This document shows positions 40,142-54,708 of a stretch of DNA of 64,000 bases, one piece after another. The position numbers and the translations under genes were made by a program. This DNA is from Octopus vulgaris (lineage: Eukaryota): contig OX597834.1 in the NCBI GenBank assembly GCA_951406725.2, positions 38,564,001 through 38,628,000 of the forward strand. Direction: 5' to 3'. The notes below the pieces were generated by a model. That model made no database searches and was not told where the DNA came from. It saw only the letters and a list, made by a program, of their open reading frames with translations. The stretch's first letter is position 1, and the number at the start of each line of letters is the position of its first letter.

Positions 40142-40283
40142 GACGCACACCTATTGCTATACTTAACGAACCTGCACGTAAATGTATAGAAACACAGAGA
40201 CATGGACAGACATAAGATCATACATGCAAACAATTTCCACACATACGGATTCACATTAGAATGCACCGTACACTCACACACAA

Positions 40284-40316
<33 letters not shown>

Positions 40317-40568
40317 TACACACCTGCACACACAGAAAGTGACACAATAACATATATAATTGCACGCAGGCGCATACGTCCATCCGCCCATATTTGTAAA
40401 CTGACACAGTAACACAAACACAAAAAAAACGTATGCAGTTTCATTCATGCACACACACACACACACACACCCATGCACCCACCAAATATTTATATGTATA
40501 TATACATACATGCATTAATATATACACATATGTATGTGTGAGTGCGTGCATTTATGCATGCATGTATG

Positions 40569-40646
<78 letters not shown>

Positions 40647-40820
40647 GATAGATGCATATATATGCAATTTATGTATGTATCTATGTCTCTACCTATTTGT
40701 GTGTGTGTGTGTGTGTGTTTGTATGTGTGTTTGTGTCTGTGTGTGTGAGAGGGAGAGAGAATTTAGTTGTCCGTTCTTTGTCTCTGCATCTTTTCTAGAT
40801 TACAGTATTTTCTGTCAGTC

Positions 40821-40893
<73 letters not shown>

Positions 40894-40949
40894 GTATATA
40901 TATAAATAGATAGATAGATAGATAGATAGATATATATGTATATGTATTT

Positions 40950-41065
40950 CAGGCGTGGGTTCAATCCCACTGCGTCGCACCTTGGGTAAGTGTCTTCTTA
41001 TATACCCTTGGGCCGACCAAAGTTTTTTGACTAAATTTGGTAGGCTGAAACTGACGGAAGCCCGT

Positions 41066-41070
<5 letters not shown>
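40950..41070 (+). mobile_element. SINE family A head fragment
   Basis: GGGTTCAATCCCACTGCGTCGCACCTTGGGTAAGTGTCTTC...GGGCCGACCAAAG. Confidence 0.8.
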
Positions 41071-41099
<29 letters not shown>

Positions 41100-41143
41100 T
41101 AAGTGTGTGTGTATGCATATGCTAGTGTGTGAATACATACATA

Positions 41144-41233
<90 letters not shown>

Positions 41234-41278
41234 TGAGTACCTTATTTACTGTGGTTAACCCCGAATCAACCCGGGACC

Positions 41279-41363
<85 letters not shown>

Positions 41364-41555
41364 ATGTTTTCTCTCCCTTCTTTCTCTGTCTATCTATCTA
41401 TCTGACCAATTCCCTTCATCAACGTTTTGTGCCCTTCTTCGACCCCTTCTTGCACCCTTCCCTCTTCTCTATATTCTTCTTTTTGTACTTCTCCCCACTG
41501 CAAGTTCTTTCATTTCACCAACATCTCTCACCCATTGGTATTTTACACACTCTTG

Positions 41556-41627
<72 letters not shown>

Positions 41628-42209
41628 CCTCATACGTACGCACATATACTCACACCCTGCACTCACACATTTATTCTCTACACTCTCTCCCTCTTCAGCT
41701 TCTTCTCTCTCACTCACCCTCTCTCTCACACACGCACAGTCACCCACACACATACATATACATACTCTACACTCACGCTCATTCACACACACACACACAT
41801 ACACACACTCTCTACTCGCACACACACATAGATAAATCGCCCTACACATCAATCATTTACACTCTACACTCACACTCAATACTACACTCTACAATCTACA
41901 CTCACACTCTGCACTCACATCAACTCACATTCAGTGAGTGCCACTCTCTGAGGTGACCGAGTTCTCTCAATATTACACTAACGAGACATTTCAATACTCT
42001 CTCTTCCTACTCCCCTTCTCTTCACCCCTTTCTCTCTTCCCACAACCCCTCCCACTACCTCACTTCCTACTTATTGTCACTCACTTAAAAATTCTCTTCC
42101 TCTCCCTCTCTCTCGTTCTCTCTCTTTCTCTCTCTCTCTCTCTCACCTACGTCCTGCTTTCTCGTTTCCCTCACTCTCACGTTTATCATCGATCTCTCTC
42201 GATGCCTAT

Positions 42210-42465
42210 TTCTTCTTCTTCTTCTTCTTCTTCTTCTTCTTCTTCTTCTTCTTCTTCTTCTTCTTCTTCTTCTTCTCATCATCATCATCACCATCATCAT
42301 CGTCATCACCATCACCATCATCATCATCATCATCATCACCATCATCATCACCAGCACCATCATCATCACCATCATCATCATCATCATCATCACCATCATC
42401 ATCACCATCATCATCATCGTCATCATCCTCATCGTCATCACCATCATCATCACCATCATCATCAC

Positions 42466-42500
<35 letters not shown>

Positions 42501-42511
42501 CCATCATCATC

Positions 42512-42560
<49 letters not shown>

Positions 42561-42595
42561 CCATCATCATCACCATCATCATCACCATCATCATC

Positions 42596-42666
<71 letters not shown>

Positions 42667-42672
42667 TATTAT
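42210..42672. repeat. (TTC)n + (CAT/CAC)n microsatellite
   Basis: Direct reading. Confidence 0.95.
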
Positions 42673-42791
42673 TACTCCACTGCTCCTCCTCTTCTTCCTT
42701 TTTCTCTTTTAGCCACACTGATATATATATTTTTTTCTTTTGCGTGTGTATGTGCGAATATAAGTCATTCTTGCTATCTATTTAAGTCAAG

Positions 42792-42829
<38 letters not shown>

Positions 42830-42913
42830 CCTTATGTATGTATATACGTATATATGTGTATATGTATATACACACACACACACATAGATAAATAAATTAT
42901 AGATAGATAGATA

Positions 42914-43018
<105 letters not shown>

Positions 43019-44239
43019 TTATTTATTTATATACATACACACATACATACATATATTTATGTATGTACATATGACTTATTAAAACTTTCACTTGCAACAC
43101 ATCACCATCCATCCACCCACCCGTCCACCCATCCATCCACCCATCTATTCGTTCATCCACCCCCTCCTTTACTGCCACCACTCCTCCTAACCCAGTCACT
43201 ACCAACAGAACCAACCTACTTCCTCTCCTCCACCATCACTACTACAACCACTAAAAACATCACCAATATCACCTCATACCACCACCCACCACCACCACAC
43301 CCACCCACCCACCACGAGCTCTAATAATTCGATCGTACCTAAATACCCGATCACCCATTCCCTCATCCGTAACCACTCACCTTACCACCCCTTTTCTCTC
43401 TCTCTCTCGCTCTCCCCTCTTTCTCACCTGCTCTCTCTCAGTGCTTTCTCTTTCTTCCCCTCTCTGTTCCTTCGTATCACTCTCTCTTCCTCTCTCTCCC
43501 CTGCTTTGCCTCATTCCTTCAGCTTTTCAATCACCTCTTCCTCTTACTCTCTCTCTCTCTCTCCGTTTCTCTCTCTCCTTCTCTCCTGGTTTTCCCTTAC
43601 CATCCATATTATCATCTTTCCAGTCCCATTTCGTATAATCCCATCCTAAGTTTTCAACACCCTCTTTCAAGAATACCAACACCCCCACCACCATCGTTGC
43701 CACCATCAACTCCCCCACCACTACCACCATCGTTGCCACCATCATCTCCCCCACCACTATCTCAATCACCACCACCACAACCACCATCATCACCACCACC
43801 GCTATCACCACTACCTCCACCATCACCACCACTACTACCATCACTACCACCACTGGTACCACTTGCACCACTACCACCACCAACGCTACCACTACTACCA
43901 TCACTAGCACCACCACCACCACCACTACTACCATCACTACCACCACTGGTACCACAACCACCACCAGTACCACCACCACAGTCATTATCAACCGCGACCA
44001 TCACTACTTATTACTACCGCCTCAACCACATCTTCTCCCACAACCACTGTAAACCACGCCTGCCACTACAGCCCCACCCTACACTACAACCTCTACAACT
44101 ACATCAACCACAATAACAACATCATTTCCACCACCACCAGCTGTCACTACCACTAACACAGTAACATCCTCACCATCACAAGCCACCACCCACCCTTCTT
44201 CCACCCGCCAGAATGCTGCAGAAACACCCCACGTACCCT

Positions 44240-44283
<44 letters not shown>

Positions 44284-44310
44284 GTATATATACACACACA
44301 TATGTATACA

Positions 44311-44346
<36 letters not shown>

Positions 44347-44546
44347 CATATGTGTGTGTATATGAGTATATGTATCCAGATCAAACATCTATATCCGTCC
44401 TGATCAGTAAATCACAGAAATCACAACCACCACCATCACTACCTTCCCATATGTACCCGACCACCCCATTTAACACATATACATACTACCCACTCAAACA
44501 CCCAACGCTGCTCGATTCGAAACTATCTTTTTCTCTTCTCTGCCAC

Positions 44547-45745
<1,199 letters not shown>

Positions 45746-45836
45746 TCCCTTATCTGTCTGTCTGTCTATTCTTCTAATTACCAACTCCCACTCTATCAAT
45801 CCATATAAGGATTACCTCTCCCCGCGTTTCTTATAG

Positions 45837-45863
45837 GAGGAAGCTGCAGTTGAACACCTGCAG
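45837..45863 (+). CDS. Candidate 27-nt microexon of an unidentified host gene (EEAAVEHLQ in phase 0)
   Basis: TTACCTCTCCCCGCGTTTCTTATAG|GAGGAAGCTGCAGTTGAACACCTGCAG|GTATAT. Length is a multiple of 3. TTCTAAT branch-like motif upstream. TGCATG at 45871, 45915 and 46009, ACTAAT at 45905. Confidence 0.5.
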
Positions 45864-46143
45864 GTATATGTGCATGTGATGCAATATGGTATCATTTATT
45901 TGCAACTAATGCACTGCATGTTCCCAGAATTATTTGACAGTTTATACACAAATGCTGGCACCAGAGACATGGGTTCGAATACGCGTTGGTCTGTAATATA
46001 CGACCGACTGCATGTATGCTAATATATATACAACACAAGCATAGACATATAAATACATACACAAACACACACACACACACAGATACTCATATACATGTGT
46101 GTGTGTGTGTGTGTGTGTAAACATAAAAACATATGTATACATG

Positions 46144-46210
<67 letters not shown>

Positions 46211-46265
46211 ACGTGTGTGTGTCTATACACACACGCACACACACACACATATATATATATATATG

Positions 46266-46610
46266 AAGGCGCATGGCTCAGTGGTTAGATCGTCGGGCTC
46301 GCTCGCAATCATGAAGTAGTGAACTCGACACCCAGACCGGGCTGTGTGTTTTGGTCTTGAGCAAGACACTTTATTTCCTGTTGCTCCAGTTCATCAGCTA
46401 TAGAAATTAGTTGCGATGTCACTGGTGCCAAGCTGTGTCGGCCCCTTTGCCCTTCTCTTGGATAACATCGGTGGCGTGGAGAGGAAGAGGCTGGTTATGC
46501 AGGGGCGACTGCTGGTCTTCCATAAACAAATTCGCCTGAACTTGTACCTCGGAGGGGATCTCTCTAGGAACAATCCCATGCCCATTCATGACCGGATGGT
46601 GTCTTTACCT
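46266..46610 (+). mobile_element. SINE with family C-type tRNA head
   Basis: GGCGCATGGCTCAGTGGTTAG...TCTTGAGCAAGACACTTTATTTCCTGTTGCTCCAGTTCA. Confidence 0.8.
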
Positions 46611-46628
46611 ATTGTATATATAATGTAC

Positions 46629-46661
<33 letters not shown>

Positions 46662-46665
<4 letters not shown>

Positions 46666-46761
46666 CTAGCGAAAGAGCAGAACACACAGCCCAGTCTGGG
46701 TGTCGAATTCAATACTTCATGATTGCAAGCCCGACGGTCTAACCTCTGAACCATACGCCTT
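46662..46761 (-). mobile_element. Inverted copy of the 46266 SINE head
   Basis: Reverse complement of 46266-46368 with scattered mismatches. Confidence 0.8.
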
Positions 46762-47333
46762 CTCGTGTATATACACATATATGTATACATACACATATAT
46801 ACAACTAGATAGATAGATACATACATACATACATACATGCATACATACATACATACATGCATACATGCATACATACATACATACATACATACATACATAC
46901 ATACATACATACACACCTGCACCCACGCATATATAAGGTGTTGTAAGTGTATATATTTCGAGGATTGTGTATATATATATTTTGAAAGAAATGCATACAA
47001 GCTGGTAGAAGGGTGTATAATTTGACTGGGTGTAGAATATTTTGACTTAGTGTGTATAACGTAGCGAGTGTTCGTAGTTTGGAGGAAGTGTGTATATTTT
47101 AAAGAAGAGTATATATTCTGGAAAAAATATTTATATTTGGGGGTAGCGTTGTATATGTTTTGGAAAAGGGTTAAAATATTTGTAGAAAGAAACTGTGCGG
47201 AGTCCCTTCGGATTCTTTGATGGGAGACTTAATTTATCGCACAGACAAACGTCTCAATCTTGTCCTTTTGTGATTTGAATGGAGTTCATTCTGTCGCAAG
47301 TATTTATCCTTTGGTTTGAGGATAACTTCCTCT

Positions 47334-47492
47334 CGTGCCCGTCGCTAAGTGAGAAGTGGGGCACTGGACGACACCCTCAGATTTACAGTGGTACACTTAT
47401 TTTGAAAATCCCTTTTAGCATTTTTACAAATTAGTGCCCACCCAGAACATTCTGAAGCGCCCACCAGGCACCAAAGCCTGGCGAAGGGCTTG
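47334..47492. mobile_element. Putative hAT-type MITE
   Basis: Imperfect TIRs CGTGCCCGTCGCTAA / CTGGCGAAGGGCTTG, flanked by near-identical 8-mers CTTCCTCT (47326-47333) and CTTCCTTT (47493-47500). Confidence 0.5.
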
Positions 47493-47605
47493 CTTCCTTT
47501 TTTCCTCCTTTCCCACAGACATCCTAAAAATGGTCAGAACTGATGCCTTCGTCATTTCTAAGCCATTAAAACAATGCGTACTAATTTTATAGGTAAATAA
47601 GAAAC

Positions 47606-47993
47606 ACAGGAGTGGCTGTGTGGTAAGTAGCTTGCTTGCCAACCACATGGTTCCGGGTTCAGTCCCACTGCGTGGCATCTTGGGCAAGTGTCTTCTGCTG
47701 TAGCCCCGGGCTGACCAATGTCTTGTGAGTGGATTTGGTAGACGGAAACTGAAGGAAGCCCGTCGTATATATGTATATATATATATATGCGTGTGTGCGT
47801 CTGTGTTTGTCCCCCTAGCATTGCTTGACAACCGATGCTGGTGTGTTTATGTCCCCGTTACTTAGCGGTTCGGCAAAAGAGACCGATAGAATAAGTACTG
47901 GGCTTACAAACGAATAAGTCCCGGGATCGAGTTGCTCGATTAAAGGCGGTGCTCCAGCATGGCCGCAGTCAAATGACTGAAACAAGTAAAAGA
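47606..47993 (+). mobile_element. Full-length SINE family A
   Basis: Same head, body and tail as 8354-8757. Confidence 0.93.
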
Positions 47994-48422
47994 CTAAAGA
48001 CTTGTTTTTATCCTTACCCAAAGACTAACAACAGTGTAAAACATTAGCTGTGCAGCTGAGAATCGAACCCGTATAGGCAAATCTTTTATCAGTGCGATTA
48101 TATAATCTGTTATTTTATTGAGATATTATGTCAATTAACCAAAAAGTAAATTTCAATTAGTTTCCTAATCTAGAATTCATTTTTCACTTCTTCCCCAAAC
48201 ACAGATCTTTTAAAAGATAATTTTTTTTAGTCCTTTACATTTCATTTATTCCCTTTCAACTGATGGCTCTGCTTTTCGCTTTCTTTATGTTTTCCCTTTC
48301 CCAATTTTCTATACTAGGAATTTAGTGCAAATACAAAAGAAAAAGAGAAATGAATATAAACGTCAAATAAAATTTAGGTAGTCTTAATAATAATAACAAT
48401 AATGATAATAATAATAATAATG

Positions 48423-48495
<73 letters not shown>

Positions 48496-49140
48496 TAATA
48501 ATGATAATAATAATAATAATGTCTCAAAGATGTTAAATGCCAAGTAATATCAGGAGGAAAATGCTATTTCTTTCATTCGGTACTGAAAACTTAAAGGTCA
48601 TTAAATTCTTAATTTTCGGTAAAGAATTTCTGATTAGGGATAATTATTTTGAAAAAATGTTTTTGTTCTTTATTTATTTATTTTTTATTTTGATTTTTTT
48701 TTTTTTTTTTTATTTAATTTTTTTTTAATTGATTTTTTTTGTTTTTTGTTTTTTTTGTTTTAGGTTCTGAAAAGAGTTGAGTTGAGAGAAGAGAAATGAT
48801 GATGGAATAAAGTATTGTTCCCGAGGTCGTATCTCACGGTGATCGTTAGCGGGGAGAAATATTTCCAGCCAGCCACTGGATATAGATTTTTCCCCATCTG
48901 CTTGGTGGATCTCATAGGGTGTCCGAAGAATATTACTTGCAGATCAATCAGTAAAGAATTTTTTCCCACCAGTTCCCGGGTTTTTTAGTTTTTGCTCCAC
49001 ATTAGTTGTTTTTATCCTTTCTACATCTTATGTTCAAATATTTGCCCGAAAGCAACGAGATTGCGAAATGTTTGCAGGTGATTTGGACGTATTCGTGCAA
49101 CGTAGAACACACGTAAGTCCGGTGAAACATCAAAGAATAC

Positions 49141-49543
49141 ACAGGGAGTGGCTGTGTGGTAAGTAGCTTGCTAACCAACCACATGGTTCCGGGTTCAGTC
49201 CCACTGCGTGGCATCTTGGGCAAGTGTCTTCTGCTATAGCCCCGGGTTGACCAATGCCTTGTGAGTGGATTTGGTAGACGGAAACTGAAAGAAGCCTGTC
49301 CTATATATGTATATGTATGTGTGTGTATGTGTTTGTGTGTCTGTGTTTGTCCCCCTAGCATTGCTTGACAACCGATGCTGGTGTGTTTACGTCACCGTCA
49401 CTTAGCGGTTCGGCAAAAGAGACCGATAGAATAAGTACTGGGCTTACAAAAAGAATAAGTATCGGGGTCGATTTGCTCGACTAAAGGCGGTGCTCCAGCA
49501 TGGCCGCAGTCAAATGACTGAAACAAGTAAAAGAGTAAAAGAG
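49141..49543 (+). mobile_element. Full-length SINE family A
   Basis: Same head, body and tail as 8354-8757. Confidence 0.93.
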
Positions 49544-49804
49544 AGAGGGAAAGAGAGAGAAAAACTGGTTGGAGAGGGGCAAGCATTTTCTTTTCTTTTC
49601 TGTTTTTTTTCAGTTTGAGATTTCTGATAAGACAATGAATACACGGCTTCTAGTTCAACTATAATTGGTGGGTAAATAACGGGTAGACTGTTGTTATTTA
49701 GTATTCCCATTTTAAAGCATACAATTATACAAATTACAAAAGTAAGATTAATTAATGAGAGATTCGAATAGTGCAAATAAAATTTTGCAGATATACGGGT
49801 ATAG

Positions 49805-50160
49805 TGCAGACGTGGCTATGTAGTTAGAAGCTTGCATCCATTCATATTGTTCTGGGTTCAGTTCAAATCGTGGCATCTTGGGTGTCATCTACTATAGCCT
49901 CAGGCTGAATGAAGCCTTAGGAGTGAATTTGTTGTTGGAAACTGAAAGAAACCCGTCATATATAGATATACTTATGTATGTGTTTGTATCCCATCCACCC
50001 CTTGACAACCGGTGCTGGTATGTTTACTTCCTCGTGAACTAGCAGCTCGGCAAAAGGGACCGATAGAATAAATACCAGGTTTAAACTAAAAAGTACTACG
50101 GTCCATTCTATAGACTAAAATTCTTGACGCCGGGGCCCCAGCATAACCGCAGCCTAATGA
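49805..50160 (+). mobile_element. Diverged SINE family A
   Basis: CGTGGCTATGTAG...GGGTTCAGTTC...GGAAACTGAAAGAAACCCGTC...CCCAGCATAACCGCAGCCTAATGA. Confidence 0.8.
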
Positions 50161-50359
50161 TATACATGGGACATGTATGTCAGATGGTTGTGCACCTTCG
50201 TTAGACAGATCAAACAACGCGCTACCAAGTCTAGTAATTGAAACCACGACCTCGTGATCGTGACTGCAACAAATATACACATATTTACATACACATACAC
50301 ACACACAGACACATATATGCATGTATGTATGTATGTATGTATATATGTATATCTATATC

Positions 50360-50402
<43 letters not shown>

Positions 50403-50866
50403 ACATATGAATATGTGTGTGTATGTACGTATATATATATAATCTTACTTGGAAATGGATGCGTGGCTTTCAATTAAATAATAATAAGAAATAATAATAA
50501 TAAAATAAATGATTTATATATGTGTGTGTGTGTGTGTACATTTGTATAGAAAGATAGATAGACAGACAGACAGACAGACAGGCACACAGACAGGCAAACA
50601 GACATACATACAGACAGATAGATAGATAGATACATTGATAGATAGATAAAGGCTACAACGCATTTTCGCGCAGAATATTCTGAAACGCTTTCACGTGCGA
50701 TCGCATGCACACGGATAAAACGAAAAAAAGTTAAAAGACCAGGACATGCAGTTTCTCGGTGCAAACTGGCTGTCTGCAATCGCTTGGAAAATAGAATCCT
50801 AACACACACTGCCAGAAAGTTCTACGCTATTTTTGTATTGTACACGTAAATGTATATATTATGCAA

Positions 50867-50867
50867 C

Positions 50868-50898
<31 letters not shown>

Positions 50899-51230
50899 GT
50901 ATGTATGTATGTATGTATGTATGTATGTATGTATGTATGTATGTATGTATGTATGTATGTATTTGTGTGTATGTATGTATGTATGTATATATGTTTGTAT
51001 GTATGTATGTATATATGTATGTACGTACGTACGCATGTATGTATATATGTATGTATGTGTGTATGTATGTATGTTTGTATGTATGTGTATGTATGTATGT
51101 CTGTATGTATGTATGTATTTGTGTGTATGTATGTATGTATGTATGTATGTATGTATGTGTGTATGTATGTATGTATGTATGTATGTGTGTATGTATGTAT
51201 GTTTGTATGTATGTGTATGTATGTATGCAA
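50867..51230. repeat. (TATG)n microsatellite
   Basis: Direct reading. Confidence 0.95.
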
Positions 51231-51407
51231 CAGTATATGTGTCTGTATATATGTTAATGCATGTCATGATATGTGTAAGTTTATCAATCAATTATATTCA
51301 TCTATCAATTTGCTTATCTATCTCTCTCTCACTCTCATTCTCACTTTCTCCTTCACTCTCTCTCTTTCTCTCTCTCACTCTGTATACATATATGTATATT
51401 ATATATG

Positions 51408-51452
<45 letters not shown>

Positions 51453-51484
51453 AGGTAGGTATATGTACATAATTTTCCACTCCA

Positions 51485-51561
<77 letters not shown>

Positions 51562-51765
51562 AAATAACAAACTGAGGAAAAGAAATTCTTCAAAAGGTTG
51601 TGTTAAACATCCTATTCACTGGTACGTCAGTTGGATACCTTATATTATATTATATTATATTATATTATATATTATATTCATAGTATTTAATGTAATGTAA
51701 TATAAATAAATTATTGTATTGTCAATAGAATATCTTTATATTTGATTTACCTTCATATATATATC

Positions 51766-51837
<72 letters not shown>

Positions 51838-52038
51838 ATCCAGGGATCGATGTGTAGGAAGAAAGTTAGCTTCAAGCAATCCGTAGTAAATATAAAAAAA
51901 ACAACCTTCGGGGACAAGAGTGGTTTATTGAGACGGAAGGTTGCGGATTTCTTTTCGTATCGAAGAACGATAAACTGAAAAAAGTTCTCTTTATATTTCA
52001 CGGTTGGCGGGTATGCGAATTGGAATACAAGAATAAAA

Positions 52039-52316
52039 GAATGGCGTAGATATGATCCGGGCTACATATGTTTTATAGAGAGCAGAACCTCAGAAGTGGT
52101 AAATATCCAAGCGAGGTGTACACCGATTCAATCATTCTGATTGAATCTTTCCATGTGTTAGCATGTACCTCCTTGCGAGAATGTAAACTTTCGTTTAATA
52201 AAGATATCCTTGGCCTGACGAGTAGCCTGAGGTATACACCTCACTTGGATATTTACCACTTCTGAAGTTCCACTCGGTATGAAACATATGTTTCCCGGAT
52301 CTTATCTACGCCATTC
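52039..52316. mobile_element. Older fold-back element, 86-bp arms, with a hammerhead-like motif
   Basis: 52039-52124 and 52231-52316 are imperfect reverse complements. CTGACGA at 52215, then GAAA-CATATG-TT at 52281. Confidence 0.6.
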
Positions 52317-52735
52317 CTTAACACTTATATATACATATATATATATATATATATACAAATATCGTGTACATTAAAATACATCAAGAGGTTACCAAATAGG
52401 AAAGCCTTGTGCTAGAAAGAGCAGTAGAAAACTCAAAACAATAATTAAGGATAAATTCTTGAAAGGAATGAAAATTAAAAACGTTTACCATCTCATTTAT
52501 TTCCTACACTGAGGCCAGTTTTCATCAGCAGGAAAGCCTTTGGATTTCAAATATACGCACAGCCAGATCCACATGTAAACTAACTGCCTGTATATCCTAA
52601 CTTTTCAGACCACTGCGCAGACGCAGATTATTTCTATAATTCTTATTTCTATAATACTTATTTCTATAATTCTATAATTTTTATAATTCTTATTACCCTA
52701 TTGTTATTTATTATGTTTAAATAAATAAATATATA

Positions 52736-52771
<36 letters not shown>

Positions 52772-52872
52772 TGTATGTATGTATGCATGTATGTATGTAT
52801 ATATATATATATATATATATATGAAAAAACAAGTAAAAAATAGAAAATGCTAAAATAATTTTATAGTGAACA

Positions 52873-52916
52873 TTTCAGTACCGGTTTCGGTCATTTTGAG
52901 ACCTTTTCAACTGTAA
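52873..52916 (-). ncRNA. Second copy of the U3-A8 hammerhead
   Basis: Exact reverse complement of 53918-53961. Confidence 0.75.
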
Positions 52917-53917
52917 CGATTAAATAATTAAATTTAGAAAAATTAGAAGAAAAGTTTTTTTAAAAGAATATTTCTATAGTAGTGTTCAGATTTAAGTGGC
53001 ATTCTGCCTTTCTCTGACTCCCTTGTTTGCACTTGTGTGTTCGAGGTAGTTGTGAGTTCTTGGTAGGGTAGTAGAGGGAAGGCTGGTGAGGAAAGGGGGT
53101 GGGAGAATCTGGGAGTGCCCTGATGGTCGTATTTTGAATGGTCAGTGGCGGCTGGCAGTCTCAGTTCAATTCAGGATTGTTTATAGAATTAGCGTAGGTG
53201 TTATACTAAAAAACATTAGTGACAAACTTAAGGGGTAGGGGGTGGAGAAGAAGAAGAAGAAGAAGAAGAAGAAGAAGAAGGAGAAGGAGAAGATGATGGT
53301 GATGGTGGTGATGATTATGACGACGATGATGATGATATTTACACCCACTCATATTCTCCCTTCTCTGTTTTTTTCTTCTTCTTCTTCTTCATCATCATCG
53401 TTATCATCATCATCGGCGTCATCATCACACCACCATCATCACCACCATCTTCTCCTTCTCCTTCTTCTTCTTCTTCTTCTTCTTCTTCATCATCATCGTT
53501 ATCATCATCATCGTCGTCATAATCATCACCACCATCACCATCATCTTCTCCTTCTCCTTCTTCTTCTTCTTCTTCTTCTTCTTCTTCTCCACCCCCTACC
53601 CCTTAAGTTTGTCACTAATGTTTTTTAGTATAACACCTACGCTAATTCTATAAACAATCCTGAATTGAACTGAGACTGCCAGCCGCCACTGACCATTCAA
53701 AATACGACCATCAGGGCACTCCCAGATTCTCCCACCCCCCTTTCCTCACCAGCCTTCCCTCTACTACCCTACCAAGAACTCACAACTACCTCGAACACAC
53801 AAGTGCAAACAAGGGAGTCAGAGAAAGGCAGAATGCCACTTAAATCTGAACACTACTATAGAAATATTCTTTTAAAAAACTTTTCTTCTAATTTTTCTAA
53901 ATTTAATTATTTAATCG

Positions 53918-53961
53918 TTACAGTTGAAAAGGTCTCAAAATGACCGAAACCGGTACTGAAA
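53918..53961 (+). ncRNA. Minimal type-I hammerhead ribozyme, U3-A8 variant
   Basis: TTACAG-TTGAAAA-GGTC-TCAAAAT-GACC-GAAA-CCGG-TA-CTGAAA. Stem I CAG/CTG (extendable), stem II GGTC/GACC, palindromic stem III ACCGGT. Predicted cleavage after A53955. Confidence 0.75.
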
Positions 53962-54045
53962 TGTTCACTATAAAATTATTTTAGCATTTTCTATTTTTTA
54001 CTTGTTTTTTCATATATATCAACTCGTGTGTTCCTTTTCACCCTT

Positions 54046-54081
<36 letters not shown>

Positions 54082-54497
54082 ACAACAATAATAATGATAA
54101 GGATTATCACGAAGTAGCATAGCATTACCTATAATTCTTTATATATATATATATATATATATATTGCAACCTTACTATGATTCCGGTGCAGTTTCTTCTG
54201 GGTTTTCACTTTCATATCCTTCGATTTAACTGTTTAAAGATTTTCGTTTATCTACTCTGTGTTGTATGATGTAGAGTTGTCCGTTAAGTTAGACCGAACC
54301 ATCTTCAATTCAAGTTTTGATTGTATAATCATCTATAGTCCGTTATTTCAAAATATTCTGTTGTTTCAATGTCTATTATTCATTTATACTGAACAAAGGT
54401 GAATTTCCTCACGAACAAGCATCTCAAAACTTGTTCCTATACGGAATCTATTATATTGCTCTTAGATGAAAAAAAGAATTGGTAAAATTTTCTTAAA

Positions 54498-54708
54498 CCT
54501 AGCTCTCATTTTTTAGTTCCAGATCTGTATTGCTTTGCTGTACAAATTAATTCCCAATTGATAGTATAGTCTTTGCTTCTGTCTTTGATAGATCAATTTA
54601 ATTTACTAAGACTTGTTTGGAATTTTTTATTTTTATCTCTAAATTAATTCAAAAAAATACCAGTCTCCTCTTGAAGATTAGTGATGTCCCACCGATGTAA
54701 AAGTATTC
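54498..54708 (-). pseudogene. Penelope-like GIY-YIG endonuclease fragment
   Basis: Minus strand EYFYIGGTSLIFKRRL ... TSLSKLN*SIKDRSKDYTINWEL ICTAKQYRSGTKK*EL, with stops and a frameshift. Same motif series as 11540-11845. Confidence 0.75.

Larger units (their letters stand above)
52815..54050. mobile_element. Young fold-back element (inverted Penelope-type pseudo-LTRs), non-coding
   Basis: Arms 52815-53337 and 53500-54019 appear identical except for one GAA unit, with a 162-bp spacer. The right arm has an ~30-bp unpaired extension. Both ends lie in (TA)n. Confidence 0.9.
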
